Shown one piece after another: positions 1 to 12,511 of a stretch of 64,000 nt of DNA. Both the position numbers and the translations under genes were made by a program. The stretch is from Macrostomum lignano (lineage: Eukaryota). Location: NCBI GenBank assembly GCA_002269645.1, contig NIVC01000984.1, positions 372,001 to 436,000 of the forward strand, given 5' to 3'. The notes under the pieces are model-generated. The model was given only the letters and a program-made list of their open reading frames with translations, was not told the DNA's origin and ran no database searches. The number at the start of each line of letters is the position of its first letter. Within the stretch, counting starts at the first letter, position 1.

Positions 1-590
1 GAGAGAAGAGAGTAGGGAGAAGAAAAATGTGTAAGAGCAGAGAAGAGATACAAAGGGAGAAAGAAGTGGAGTAAAGAGAGAAGAGGGGAGAGAATCGACA
101 ACAGCTGGGAGAGAGGGGAGAGGAAAGAAGAGAATGGAGAGGGGAGAAAGTAGAGAGAAGAGAGATGGGCAACGGAGAGCAGAGAGATAAATAAGAGGAG
201 AGAGGAGAGAGGAAATAAGAGAGAAGATATGAGATGAGAGAGATGAGAGAGAAGAGAAGAGAGGAGAGAAAAGAGAGGAAAGGGAAGAGACGAGAGTAGA
301 GGGGAAAGAGGAGAGAGGAGAGCAGAGAGAAAAAAGTGAGGAGAGAGGAAAGAACAGGGAAGAGATGCGATGAGAGAAGAGAGAGGCAAAAAAATAGAAA
401 TGCGAAGAGATAAGAGAGCAGAGATAAAATAAGAAAAAGGAGGGATGAGAGAAAAGACGTGAGAGAAGAGAGGTGGGGGAAAAGACAAAAGAAGAGGGGA
501 GAGAGAAGAGAGGAAAGAGGAAAGAAGAGATGACAGGAGAGACGAAAGATGAGAGAAAAGAGAAGAAACAGAAGCAAAGATAGAAGTTTC
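1..590. repeat. Purine-only (GA-rich) low-complexity tract
   Basis: Almost exclusively G/A on the + strand with irregular GAGA/GAGGA/AGAA motifs; runs off the window start. Confidence 0.95.
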
Positions 591-1000
591 AAAGGATCCG
601 AGGGATGTACATGTAGAGAGAGGCAGAGGCAGAGGTCAGAGTTTTCTTGAATTTTCCAATACATGTTTTAGATCGACATTGCCTGATGATATTCTGCACA
701 GCATCCTAGCCAACGAGATCAATGCTTGCCTCAAATCTTAATTTTACATGAATTTACTCCATTTTATGTTCATCTCCATCCTAACTATTAACAAGTTTTT
801 GTTTGAGTATGACTTCAAATTCTAGAATATGTGCGAAAATAATTCCCGAGATTGGAATTCCACGGGTTCAAGATCCACAGGTTTCAACAGCTTACAAGTG
901 TTTGTATAAAAACTATTGTTTCTAAAATTAATATTGCAAAAAAGAAAAAAAGGGTTTTTCAAACTATTTTTTGGAAAATCCAAAGTGAAAAAAACTGAAA

Positions 1001-1115
1001 GTGGGGGTGGGCCACAGGGGGGCCCGTGGCTTAATTGGGGGGGGCCACAGGGGGGGCCCGTGGCTTAATTGGGGGGGCCCAGGCCCCCCCTAGCCCCACC
1101 TTGGACGCGCCACTG
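1001..1115 (-). mobile_element. Short GC-rich hairpin element, possible hAT-like MITE end
   Basis: Two tandem ggccacagggg(g)gcccgtggcttaattggggggg units with internal hairpins; minus strand begins CAGTGGCGCGTCC. A similar CAGTGGAGGATTTAAGGGGG start occurs at 7501. No partner end or TSD found. Confidence 0.35.
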
Positions 1116-2122
1116 GCAGCGTTAGAAGAAGTGCATTGAAGCTAAAGGCTCATACTTTGAGTGAATAAATATTAAGGAAGACATTTGTAATTTTTTATAT
1201 TTCTATAGGCTACTATTTATCATTCTCAAGTTATTACAATATATACAGAACTTTTTTTGACAACCCTCATACTACGATTAGCAATATGGTATAAAACATA
1301 TGTATAAGTGAAACATTTTAAAATGCAAATATTATAACAAATAAATATTATAATTCATGAAAGTCACTAAAAATAAATTGTATACTATATGCATCAAATA
1401 CTTATATATTGTATATACCATGATTAAAGACCAAATGCATTGCCATTAGGGACCCTGGCTTTATATAGGCTCCTATACCAAAATTTTCTTTGATAAAGAG
1501 TAGGGCCTAGACCATTTTTACTATACTAGGCTATAAAAGTATAACAATTTTAATTGCAATGGTAAGGTAAGCTTAGAAATTAGAATAAGAGATTTGACTG
1601 CAAATATAAGAGCCTATATAGCAAAAAGCTTTATAAATTTATATAGAAGCAATTGAAAAAATTAAAAAATTATTTTTATTTTATTTTTATTTTGTTAAAA
1701 CTTTGTGTTTACTAACTCCTAGTACTAAATAAATTAGAATGAATACTAGACATTTTAGTGCTAGAGATTTTGGTACCAGACACTTCAATGTCAATTATCT
1801 TGGGTGCCAAATTATATTGCATAATATAATAGGCCTAGTCTAATATAATAAATCACATCTCTTCTCTCCATTGCTCCCTATTTTTTCTCCTCTCTCTTCT
1901 TATCTCTTCACCTTTATCTCTGCTTTCTTATCTCTCTTCTTTCTTCTATCATCATCTACTCTCTTAAAATCAGATGCTGACTCTAATAATACTGCATACG
2001 CCAATCATAACTTGTAAATGCCAATACGATTAATTATTTATTATAGGCCTAAGAGTGAGCAACAAGGAGTTGCTCAGCCCGACGCGGTATTGCTTTTAAA
2101 AATTTCAGAGAAGTGTAACGTA

Positions 2123-2154
<32 letters not shown>

Positions 2155-3783
2155 AGAATTTGGCTCAGGCAATTAGCCTGTTTTGCTAATATATTATATA
2201 TTATAGGGCAATGTATTTCGAAAAATTTTCGAAATGGAAGTTTATAAAGATTCGACGTTAGTAGTAAGAGAATTTGGCTCAGGCAATTAGCCTGTTTGGC
2301 CAATATATTGTAGAGCTATGTATTTGGAAAAGTTTTCGAAATAGAAGTTTATAAAGACGATTTGCCGCGAGTTAGTAGTAGTAAGAGTTAGAGTTATTGT
2401 AAAAGATAAAGTATTTGAAAGCGCGCCAGAATTTTTACGGTATTTTTGGACGAAAAGTGACGACTAACAACTAACAACGAGTATAAATATTAATACAAAA
2501 ATGAGTACAAATTACGAGGTATAGCTTTAATTGCGAGATTACTTTGGTAAGCGAGCTTGTAAGAAAAAGATGTAGTATTTTTGAAAGCGCGTGATATTTC
2601 AAAGCGTGAAAAAACGAACATAAACAATACTTCGAAAGAACTTTACGTTTAACGAATAACGACGATTTAAATAGGGAATTAAAAAAGACAGTAAATGAAT
2701 AAACAACTGAAAAGCGGATTTTTTTACACTGCTAATGTATCTGATTCAGTTTGTTTAACTATTTTAGCTATTCATGACTTCATATATTTTAGCTACACCA
2801 GTGAGTTCTTTTCTGACTCTTTTTTCATTTGTAGCATATCCTATCTTGTGTATTTGATTGCTATTTAAGAGGTATTGACAGAAGTATTTTTTTCTGATCT
2901 CTTCAGTTTGTGGACATTCGGTCAAGTAGTGTAGAATGTCAGAACCATTTCGCGCTCCACACATTTTACATGGTTCTTGAGAAAAAAAGTTGGGTGTAAT
3001 CTCGCATTTCAGTTTTAGAAGGGTTGTTAAGAATTTTTTGTTTCTAAATGTACATGGAAAGTAATCTGAAAGGTCGGGCCTGCAGATTTTTTTGTAGAGA
3101 TAGGCGTTTTTGTAGAGTTTAATATGTTGCAGATTCTCTAGCTTTTGGCTAAGTTCTCTTTCTCTGTGTATCTTGAGGTGCTTTTTCACTAGGTATTTCT
3201 CGTTATTAAAGCTTTGGGAAAGTTTATCTTCAGTTAGTGCTTTTAGGTCTATACTTTCTAGTTTCTTTAGTACATTCATTTTCCATGGATTTTTTTGGCC
3301 AGTGCTTGAGTAAAAAATTTCTAGAGTCGTTTGGCAGAGTTTTTTGTGTCTAATCTTCAGCCAGTAGATGAGGTAGGTTTTAGCGATTCGTTGAGAGATT
3401 GGAGTAAGCTCAAGTTCTGATGATATCACACTGTTGCTAGCAAATTTTGGTAGATTGAGGAGATATTTGTAGAATTTCAGCTGAATATTATCAATAGCTT
3501 TTGTATCAGACATGGTAGCCAGAGGGCCCCAGAGCTCACAACCGTAAGTGATAACGGGGGTAACAAGCGCGTCAAATAGTCTGCGAATGAGTGTGATGTC
3601 TAGGGACGTATTCTTTACCCTATGGAGTAGGGAAAACATGGCTGTATATCCCTGCTTAGTTTGGTGTTCAATACATTTTTTAAAGCTGTTTTTTGGTTCA
3701 AAAATAATTCCCAGGTATTTAAATTCATTTACTTCTTCTATTTCTTGGTTGTCGTAGTATATTTTTGTAGCAATGCTATCTTG
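2123..3783 (-). mobile_element. 5'-truncated non-LTR retrotransposon (LINE): RT C-terminus, thumb and CCHC finger, probable 3' UTR and (TAC)n tail
   Basis: Frame open from 3783 to stop at 2764: EIEEVNEFKYLGIIF (RT YLG motif), LFDALVTPVITYGCELWG, C-terminal CKMCG-x6-HYLTEC zinc finger. (TAG)n at 2123-2154 reads (TAC/ACT)n on the element strand. Confidence 0.85.
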
Positions 3784-4468
3784 TTACAATGTTATTGTAA
3801 AAGATAAAGTATTTGAAAGCGCGCACAGAATTTTTTACGGTATTTTTGTACGAAAAGTGACGACTAAAAACGAAGCGACAAATTGAAGTATTTAATAAAG
3901 GGAATTATAATATGAGTATGAATATGAGTACAAAAATGAGTACGAATTACGAGGTATTGCTTTCATTACGAGATTACGAGATAAGGAACAAATGAAGTTG
4001 AAACGAAAAATCGAGAAGAAAAAAATGATTAAACGAAACGCTTTAAAAATTTACAAAAACTTTGACGCAACCAAGATAAAAAACTAAGTAAAATATCTCG
4101 GCATTTAAAAAAGCCTGTACGAATAATTCACATATAAAGTATGTTCCTATCTCCGTAGTGTATTATTATGCAGCTCAGCAGAACGTCTTAAAATACATGC
4201 AAAGATATGAAACTTTCTTTCTCTTGACGCACGCGAGATGCGTTGGCAAGTAAAAAATCAGCACTCTAGCTTAAGGCCTGTACGAGTTATTCACCTGCAA
4301 ACTGTGTTCCTATATCTGTAGTGTATTTTGGGAGTCCAGCTTGACATTCGCTGACAGACGGTAGCTCTGTCATAGAGCTCTACTCAACGCAGAGCTATGA
4401 AACTTTTTCTCTTGACGCACGCGAGATGCGTTGGCAAGTCAAAAATCAGCACTCTTGCTTAAGGCCTG

Positions 4469-6545
4469 TGATGAGGACGCACCTTTTATCAATCTTAAAA
4501 CCGCACATTTTGCTTCGATGCGCCTTTTCCCCTACTGTCAGTAGGCTAGCTTAGGATTGTCTCTCCATTCTCTCGTCTAGACTAAGTTCTATATTAACTT
4601 ATGACATTACTATGATAGATACTCAATGTACTTCTCTTAGGATTCTAATTTTGGATTGTTTACGCATCTTTGAAGGTCAGACTGTCTGGGTCTGAGGCGG
4701 ATTGACCTCTAACAGTCTTGACAGGCGACACTAAGTCTGGGAGGAATGTTTTTAGCCCCATTCTGATCCCCAGATTTGTGACTTTTTCACTGCTTCCAGT
4801 GACTTATGGCGGTCTAGCTGTCACTTTTGGCTCCAGCCTGTCTGGGTCAAAGAGGCCTTTCCAGCTTTCTCCCCACTCGCTCTGTTACTTTCTCCTTTGA
4901 TTTATGGGCGTTTTGCTGTCACTTTGGCGCCAGGATGTCTAGACAAGTGACTTTTATTATGTTTTGCACATGATTTATGACCGCACCTGTCAGCTTCCCT
5001 GGGGTCCGAAGGCCACCTGGTGGGGTGGGTTTTGGGGTCTCGAGCTCAGCCAATCAGAGTCGACCCGACAGCCCCCGGCTCGACCAATCAGAAAATTCGG
5101 CGTCTATTTTAACAAAAGCTATCAGCCAATCAAAAAATTCGTCGATCGTTAGAACAAATCGGCCGCGTGAAAGTTATAAAAGGCGGCAACTCGACCCACG
5201 CTCGGAAAGGCCGGTTCGAGGTTCCCGTCATCCCCCTACCTTCTGGCACGCCCTGACCTTGGCCTTGGCCGGTCCTACCAATCTAATCCCCTTCGGCTTC
5301 TGCTGCCTCTTCGGCCTCCGGTCCCTCTTCCCCGGCAGTTTCGGCTTCAACAGCTAAGTTCCCCTTGAGAGGCATCACCGGTACCTCCCGGCCGTGAACA
5401 AAGAGCTTCGACAGCAACCGGCAAGTGAAGAGTAACGGCGACACTCGTCAGTTAAGATCGGCAGCAGCATCCCATCCGAGCGCTTCGGTCTCTACGGATC
5501 TCTTGGCTACCGGCAGTTAGGTCCTCTGATTGGTCGGGTGAGAGGCTTTCTTGACCTGCTTAACTGGGTGCGCCCTTTGTCTGACCCCTTCCTAGGTAGT
5601 CTGATAGGATTTGCACTTTTGCTTACTTGCTTTTGTGTGTCAAATTCGAGGCAGAAGTGTCAGTTAATACTAAAAGTAGGCATTCGCTCTGACTCAATTT
5701 AAGGTGTTTAGGATTGCGGATCAAGTGAGAAAGTTAAATCTGGAAGTTAAAGACTTGGCGTTTTCTTTCTTTTTCGCAATGCCGGCTGAGATGAGTGACA
5801 AAATCTAGAGGCAGGGGTCACGGTGGACCGGAAGCGGCACAGTTCCCAGTCAATCAGTAGATCTAAGCAATAATGATAAGCATGCAACCTAAGTGCCAGA
5901 CTGGTGCTTTCGCGCAGTCTCAGGCAGCTAAGCGGCTAAAACGAGTTAAATGTTAGTCTAAAGATCTCCAAAGGCGGCAATACACCTACATCATCGCTAT
6001 CTGTCGACGCGTTAACACATTTAGTGCAAAAGCGTGCAGTTGCGTGTACTTGTACATGTATTTCTGGGAATTTGGTAAGGAAATAGTACATTTAGTAGTG
6101 TATGAAGGCTCGCCAGCGCAAGAACCCCCTGCAAAAGTCCTCTCTGTCCCTGCATGGCCAATGCGATCTTAGTCCCAGCTGCGTCCCTTCTATTCGGCTA
6201 TGACTTCGAGATAGATAGACAGCTAAAAGACACTAGATGGCAGGTAAGTGCAGCGCCCCTCCCTCTAGTCGGAAGTCCAATTTCGATAGCTCCGGTTTGG
6301 TGAGCCGGGGCGCACGGACTGGTGGCAGCGGGTTAGTTAAACTGTGGATTAGCTAATCTCTACCTTTCAAATTCTCCCTGCTTGTCTCTTGCTGTCTTCT
6401 CTTAGCTATAGGACCTTGCTGCTCGCCCACAATCTTGCTACCACGGGGCTAACCATCTGACAGGAGTGAGAGGCCAGAGTTCTAAGTGATTCATTTCTGA
6501 GTTCTGAGGCCCGAAGCTACAGGCTTAAAAAGGCCGAACCCATCA
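4469..6545 (+). mobile_element. Solo LTR (Ty3/gypsy-like), 2077 bp
   Basis: Termini TGATG...CATCA; 4-bp duplication CCTG at 4465-4468 and 6546-6549; removing it restores the intact repeat junction aaggcctgtacgag. No long ORF; internal promoter motifs. Confidence 0.8.
5050..5181 (+). promoter_or_regulatory. Pol II promoter module inside solo LTR: 3x CCAAT plus TATA
   Basis: CCAATCA at 5050, 5084 and 5126, followed by TATAAAAGG at 5175. Confidence 0.6.
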
Positions 6546-7625
6546 CCTGTACGAGTTATTCACCTGCAAACTGTGTTCCTATCTCCGTAGTGTATTTTGG
6601 GGGTCCAGCTTGACATTCGCTGACAGACACTTCTACTCAACTCAGAGCTATGAAACTTTTTTCTCTTGACGCGCACGCGAGATGCGTTGGCAAGTCAAAA
6701 ATCAGCACTCTTGCTTAAGGCCTGTACGAGTTATTCACCTGCAAACTGTGTTCATCTTGTGCCACTATTGCAGGTTGCTTTTCAATTCTTAGCTGCATGA
6801 TAATCAACCAGACGAAGCTGTACGAGCGTCGCATCCCTGTACTGGCACTGATCATCTGGGAACAATAGAGCTCACGTTCCCTCATAGTAATCTTTGTAGT
6901 CTAATGCGCTAGTACGGGCGTATCTTCTTCATTCACAGCCTGAAGATCCACTGCCTGGAAAGTCCTCTGCATGGCTGCATAGTCCCATTTTCGACTTCCC
7001 GGCTACACCAGATAGCTCAAACAATTCCTGATCACCAGGACCCGCTAAAGCAGCGTGGGAATGATGCGGTGTGCCTGCTCATTAAGGGCAGGGGTCCGTA
7101 CAGAACCTTTCCTCAGGCTCGAACGCTACCTAAAATATTCCTAAGGCTCGGGCGGCTGACCTATGACCAGAGCCGGCTTTGCGAACATCCATTCTGCAAT
7201 CTGTTTCCCATTAGATGAATTCCCTGCATCTTTAGCCACACTTGTCCAGGCTACAGGAGCGGAAAGCGTAAATACTATAATCTAATTTATATAATTTCAC
7301 CGATTTTATACCTGGTCAACGTGTCTAGCTCCTGTAACAGATTCATTTTGTGCGAGTGAGCGGAATGAGCTAATGAGCCAAAAGTTTCGAGGGCTTAAAT
7401 TAGTCACTTTACCATTTCAATAGCAGAATTTTCGTACATCTGTTAATAATTTCTTTCCATAGGCTTAGGAACATTTCAAAAAATGGGGGGGGGGCAGGTT
7501 CAGTGGAGGATTTAAGGGGGGGGGGCGCACAGGGCGCACGCCTCCGTCGAGCCTCCGTCGGAAAATGCACATTATCATGTACCGATTATTGTCAGAATCC
7601 GTCTTGTCAGCACTCATTTTATAAA

Positions 7626-9230
7626 GCGCCGCAGGCACTCATTTTAGCGCCTCTCAGGCACTCATTTTTGCGGCGCAGGCACTCATTTTAGCGCCGCAGG
7701 CACTCATTTTAGCGCCGCAGGCACTCATTTTTGCGGCGCAGGCACTCATTTTAGCGTCGCAGGCACTCATTTTAGCGCCGCAGGCACTCATTTTTGCGCC
7801 GCAGGCACTCATTTTAGCGCCGCAGGCACTCATTTTAGCGCCGCAGGCACTCATTTTTGCGCCGCAGGCACTCATTTTTGCGGCGCAGGCACTCATTTTA
7901 GCGCCGCAGGCACTCATTTTAGCGCCGCGCAGGCACTCATTTTTGCGCCGCAGGCACCCATTTTAGCGCCGCAGGCATTCATTTTAGCGCCGCAGGCACT
8001 CATTTTAGCGCCGCAGGCACTCATTTTAACGGGTCTACGACATTTGCCTGCCGGACGTTTGCCAGCCGACGTTTGCCAGCGGGACGTTTGCCAGCCGACG
8101 TTTGCCAGCCGACGTTTGCCAGCCGACTTTTGCCAGCCGACGTTGGCCAGCGGGACGTTTGCCAGCCGGACATTTGCAGGCGGCAATTGGTTAAAGAAGT
8201 ATGCCCTCTCTAGACTTAAATGTACTTGCATTTGAAATCTGTGGACATAGCACTAATCTGATTCCATCTGGCTCCCTACTACTGCTTTTAAACATACAGC
8301 AGGTTACTAACAAACTACTGTTCAGGCTTATTGAAGTTATTGCTCTTGTCTGCCTAAATAGGAAGATAAAAATACAAAATAGGAGTTTCCATCGTCACAG
8401 TTGATGTCTATGTACATGTATGCCATGGAATGGCCCTTTCCATCTCAGTGGCCAAACAAGCTGAGTTTTTACAAGCTAAATGGGAAAAGACTGAGACATC
8501 CATAATGGTAATGGTAATGGTAATGGTAACTCTGCTTAACGGAGTTCGGCCATGACAGCGTGCACTTGACAAGCTGCATTGGAATTAATTCGCTTACTTT
8601 TGGATCTCCCAATGAACTGGGAAATTTATAGGCCAGATATATCGTTCAGCAGGTCTTTTATTTGCTTAGAACTTTTCTCGCTTGAGATTCTCGTTTAAAT
8701 TTGCGTGTCTTGATTCAAAAGTCAAAAATCAAACGTCTCAAACTGAGAAAAGCGATGCAAAACTGTCAGAAGTAAACTTTATAGTAGTTTCACATTCAAA
8801 AAATTGTTGTCAAACTAGATGTTAGATAAGAACTGCATAATTTGTATAGATTTTGTTTTCGAACTTCTATACATGCGAATAACCGTCAAAAAGTTGAACT
8901 AAAAAACCGGGTTCTTTCAAACCGCTAAACTGCGAATATTTCAGTATCAATTTTTTAACTCACTGACTTAATGTTGGCTGGCAAACGTCGGCTGGCAAAC
9001 GTCGGCTGGCAAACGTCGGCTGGCAAACGTCCCGCTGGCAAACGTCGGCTGGCAAACGTCGGCTGGCAAAAGTCCCGCAGGCAAACGTCGGCTGGCAAAC
9101 GTCAGCTGGCAAACGTCGGCTGGCAAAAGTCCTGCAGGCAAACGTCCCGCAGGCAAACGTCGCCATCCCCATTTTAGCGCCGCAGGCACTCATTTTGGCG
9201 CCGCAGGCACTCATTTTGGCGCTACAGGCG
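7626..9230 (+). repeat. 21-bp minisatellite (gcgccgcaggcactcatttta) interrupted by a TIR element
   Basis: About 19 copies at 7626-8030, resuming for about 3 copies at 9170-9230. Confidence 0.95.
8031..9169. mobile_element. Non-autonomous foldback/Mutator-like element with subterminal 14-bp repeat arms
   Basis: Left end GGGTCTACGACATTTGCC; right end read on the minus strand GGGATGGCGACGTTTGCC. Arrays of tttgccagccgacg at 8041-8180 and its reverse complement at 8973-9160. Flanks cattttaac / cattttagc form a 9-bp near-duplication. Confidence 0.7.
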
Positions 9231-10686
9231 CTATGTTTTGTTGCCCTGCAGCAAAATGCATTCATGCAAAGCAGCAGAAACCAAAAATAAGCAAAAAGTC
9301 TACATTTTACATTTAAAATGTGGAGGGGCCAGATACCAATACTGCCCCCCCCCATTCCAACGCCCCACTGTCCCCGTTCCAACGCCTATGTTTCTTTCTT
9401 TCCTCTAATACGTATACATGATGTTTTTTTCTTCTACATAATAATGCGATAAACAATCTCTTAGTAATTTTCCGAATCGATTTAGCCAAGCAGCGCAATT
9501 GTGCTTTATGTATGTTTTGATTTTAAAAGTTTTTGTTCTGTTTATTGCTTTCTCGCTTTAGTTATGCTTTGAATAAATTGTTAATTTCTTTTCAAAATAA
9601 ACAGTTGTTCAACATATGCATTTTCAGACCTCCTGCTTTTAGAGTTTTTCTTTTTAACCTAGCAATATAGTGTCTGTCAGCGATTGTCTGTCAAACAAAA
9701 TTGATGGCCAAGCAAAATCTAAAATCATGATATAATATCGCACGTAAGTAAAGCAATAACAAAGAACACACATTCAATATATAGCTTAATCAAGTTTGAA
9801 CAATTTATTTGCTTTTATAGTTATAATTCGATCAAATTAGTTTACAATATTAGCCTTCTAATATCGTTTCTATCTTCAAAATTTTAAATCGGCAAATAGG
9901 GGAGTTTTTAGATAATTTATCAAAGGCAAGTAAATGTGGTCATCGCTTTTGTACATGCCAATTTTATAGCCATAGAAAATGAGAATATTAAACGCTAGAT
10001 TATACTCATATCTGAAAGGCGATTCCACTTGTACAGATACTCGTACAAAAAAAGTGCATAAACAAAATCGAAGCAAAGTAAAATTTGAGTCTCCACATCT
10101 TTGTTCGTTTGCTGGAGAGCTTTTACGACCTACATGTAGCCAATTTTTCTAGCTGCTGAGCACACACATGCGGATACATACGCAGGCACACTCAGTCGGA
10201 GTCGACATGCATCGGACCTGATTTTCTCACCGTCAGGTAATTGTACACACTTGTCTGCGTCTGACTGGAACTTCATGGATACAAAGGTCTTTCATACTAT
10301 ACTCGACTGAGAGACGACAAAGAATGATCGTCAAACCGCATGCTCACGCGAAAAATAGCCTCACAACTGTAAGTCCAAAATCGCAGGAAAATTCGCAGAT
10401 GGGTCTGCCATTATTTTATAATGTGATTTCTGGGATTTTTTGTCGAAAGTGTCACTTTTCGAATCAATGATAAAGCACTAACAAACTCGTGCTAATTAAA
10501 AATTGAACATTGAGGCTCCGTGATAGGAAAGACACCAGACAATGTTTTAACGAGTATTAGGAATACGAATATATATACGAGCGTAGCTACGGCACACGGG
10601 CTTCAGAGATTAGGCTACGCGCAAAAAACTGTATGTATATTAATTGGGACACTTAGATATCGGCGCGTCTGGGCAGCAACTGCTCG

Positions 10687-12316
10687 TCATGAAAAAGACG
10701 GAGGCTCCGGGCTGCTCAGCGTGCGCTGACTCCGCGCTGAGTCGGTTGATGGCCTCGGCAGGGGAGAAGCCGGCTCCCGTTCCGCGTTCGGCAGGAAGAT
10801 GTCCAACGTGGTGGCTCGCCGATCCCCATCCCAGACGGCAGCCACTTTTGCTCGCGCCTCAACAGGCTTCGGCGTGCTTGGCGGCGCCATCGTAGCGCCC
10901 TCGTCTTCCTCATCAACGGTATTGCGCACGCCGTTCGACTCATCGCGCTGACGAATTCGTCGACGACGCTTGCAGACGACGCACATCGGGCCCTGGCTGC
11001 GGGATGTGTACACTGGGTAGAGGCGCGGGTCGTAGCTGCACTGGCAGTCGCCGACGCTGTTCTGTCGAGTCATGGTTTGAGGCATTGTCTGGGAACGATG
11101 TTGGTTTGGTGGTGGAAGGAGTTTTGATGCCATTTTCGAGTTTTATTAATAGAATTATAAGTCAATAGTCAATAGGCTTTTTGAAAATACCAGACCTTGG
11201 CCTTTCTTTATTGCAAGACATCACTAAACGCTCGTTCACACAGCCATCAATTTAGGCCAAGTTTGCATGATCACACAGCTTGCTGACTTGTTTACTCCAG
11301 ACGTACAGAAGTACAGAAGTACCAGAAGTACAACAGACGTGTAATTTGACAGCTTAATTGATGGCGGGGTGAAAGAAGCTTTAGTCTACAAGTAAGGAAC
11401 TTCCCGCAGCATGCATTTTGTCATTCATTTCAGCAGTTCTTCCGTGACTTTATAATACAATTGTAGCTGCTAGCTCGTATAGGTGCAATTCCTTAAACCA
11501 GCATTTATGCTTGTAGCTGTTACAAAGGGCAAAGTAATGCCTTATTTAACAAAAGCAAGATTTAAGACTCAAAATTTAAAGCTACGCTCGGCTATCAACT
11601 TTAGACTGAGGCTGATGAAAACTTTTTAGGGCTTTCTTGACCACTAACTCACCTTGAAAGAGCTGGCAGACATGAGTTGATATTGCGCATCACCAGATGA
11701 CGCGGACTCTTCTTCCCAGGAAAACACCTGCGACGTCAAGCCGGCGCCACCGCTGCCGCTTCCAACAGCGCCAGCCCGAGCCGCCGCGGCGCCCCTCGCC
11801 AGCGCGAGGTGCCGTTCGCCTTTGGTCAGCTGTTCGGCCTCGTTCCAAGCCCGGTCGGCCGGCCGGCCAGCCTGCAGCAGTCGGACGCCTGGGTTGTAGT
11901 ACTGCCTCATCTTGGCCAGCGTTGCCTTGCTCGGCCGGCGCACCGGGAAAACCTGGGCAGAGCCGCCACTCGCAGTCGCCGTCGCTCCCGCCGACGAGGC
12001 CGCCGCTTGCTGCTGCTGCAGGTATTCGTTCTGTTGTCGTTGATAAGCCTGGAAGCAAGTGAGTGCGGGAGAGTGCTCTGCAGGAGTAATTAAAACATAC
12101 CGGAGATTCCTTTGAATTTCTTTCAAAACAAACCTGTTGATAGTACAGCTGCTGCTGGTCGTGGTGCTGGTGGTACTGGCGCACCTGCACGCAGCCATTA
12201 ATGTTACTCGACCAGTCGTAGAAAGCTGCCACGCTGGGCTGCACTCGCGGATGATGAGTTGAACCGGCGGCGCCTCCGCCAAGTGCGCCGCTTCCAGACG
12301 CTGTCTTGCCGTTCAT
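10687..12316 (-). CDS. Putative 3-exon gene, ~326 aa Q/A/G-rich protein with a C-terminal CxC...CxxC-KRRRR motif, unknown function
   Basis: Exons 12316-12134, 12048-11653, 11088-10687. All junctions are GT-AG and phase 0 (donors GTTTGT, GTGAGT; acceptors ttgcttccag, cgttcccag). This joins three ORF-track ORFs into one frame from aaaATG to TGA. Confidence 0.55.
11228..11380. mobile_element. Short MITE (PIF/Harbinger-like) in intron 2 of the putative gene
   Basis: Imperfect TIRs cgctcgttcacacagccatcaattta / ttaattgatggcggggtgaaagaagct, flanked by TAA/TTA. Related ends at ~16575, ~26579 and ~34741. Confidence 0.5.
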
Positions 12317-12511
12317 TTTGCAACCAAATCCGAGCTTATTACAGCTTAAGAGTCAGATGCTCAGCAACTAACAGTCCGTTTCGTGTCTGTTGATTGCTTT
12401 TCTTCTCTACAAATTTAGGAGTAAATGCACACGAATGTTGGTCTTATTTGATTGCGGTGTCAACGAGCTATTAGAGTGTTGTAATAACTCTGGTTTAGCA
12501 GTCCAAATGAT

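Larger units (their letters stand above)
4114..6753 (+). repeat. Tandem array of ~175-190 bp units split by the solo LTR
   Basis: Units start cctgtacgag at 4114, 4277, 6546 and 6721 (partial); each full unit contains ctcttgacgc(gc)acgcgagatgcgttggcaag...cttaagg. Confidence 0.9.

Noticed and set aside
4718-5357. Short ORFs inside the solo LTR
   Set aside because: No gag, pol or env motifs; they overlap the promoter motifs.
6760-7130. Coding-like minus-strand tract (…KWDYAAMQRTFQAVD…)
   Set aside because: Interrupted by stops and shifts, with no motif I can assign; too weak to call.
7654-9382. ORFs with MSACGAK and RRLPADVCQ periodic peptides
   Set aside because: Translations of the 21-bp and 14-bp repeat arrays; no promoter, splice or homology support.
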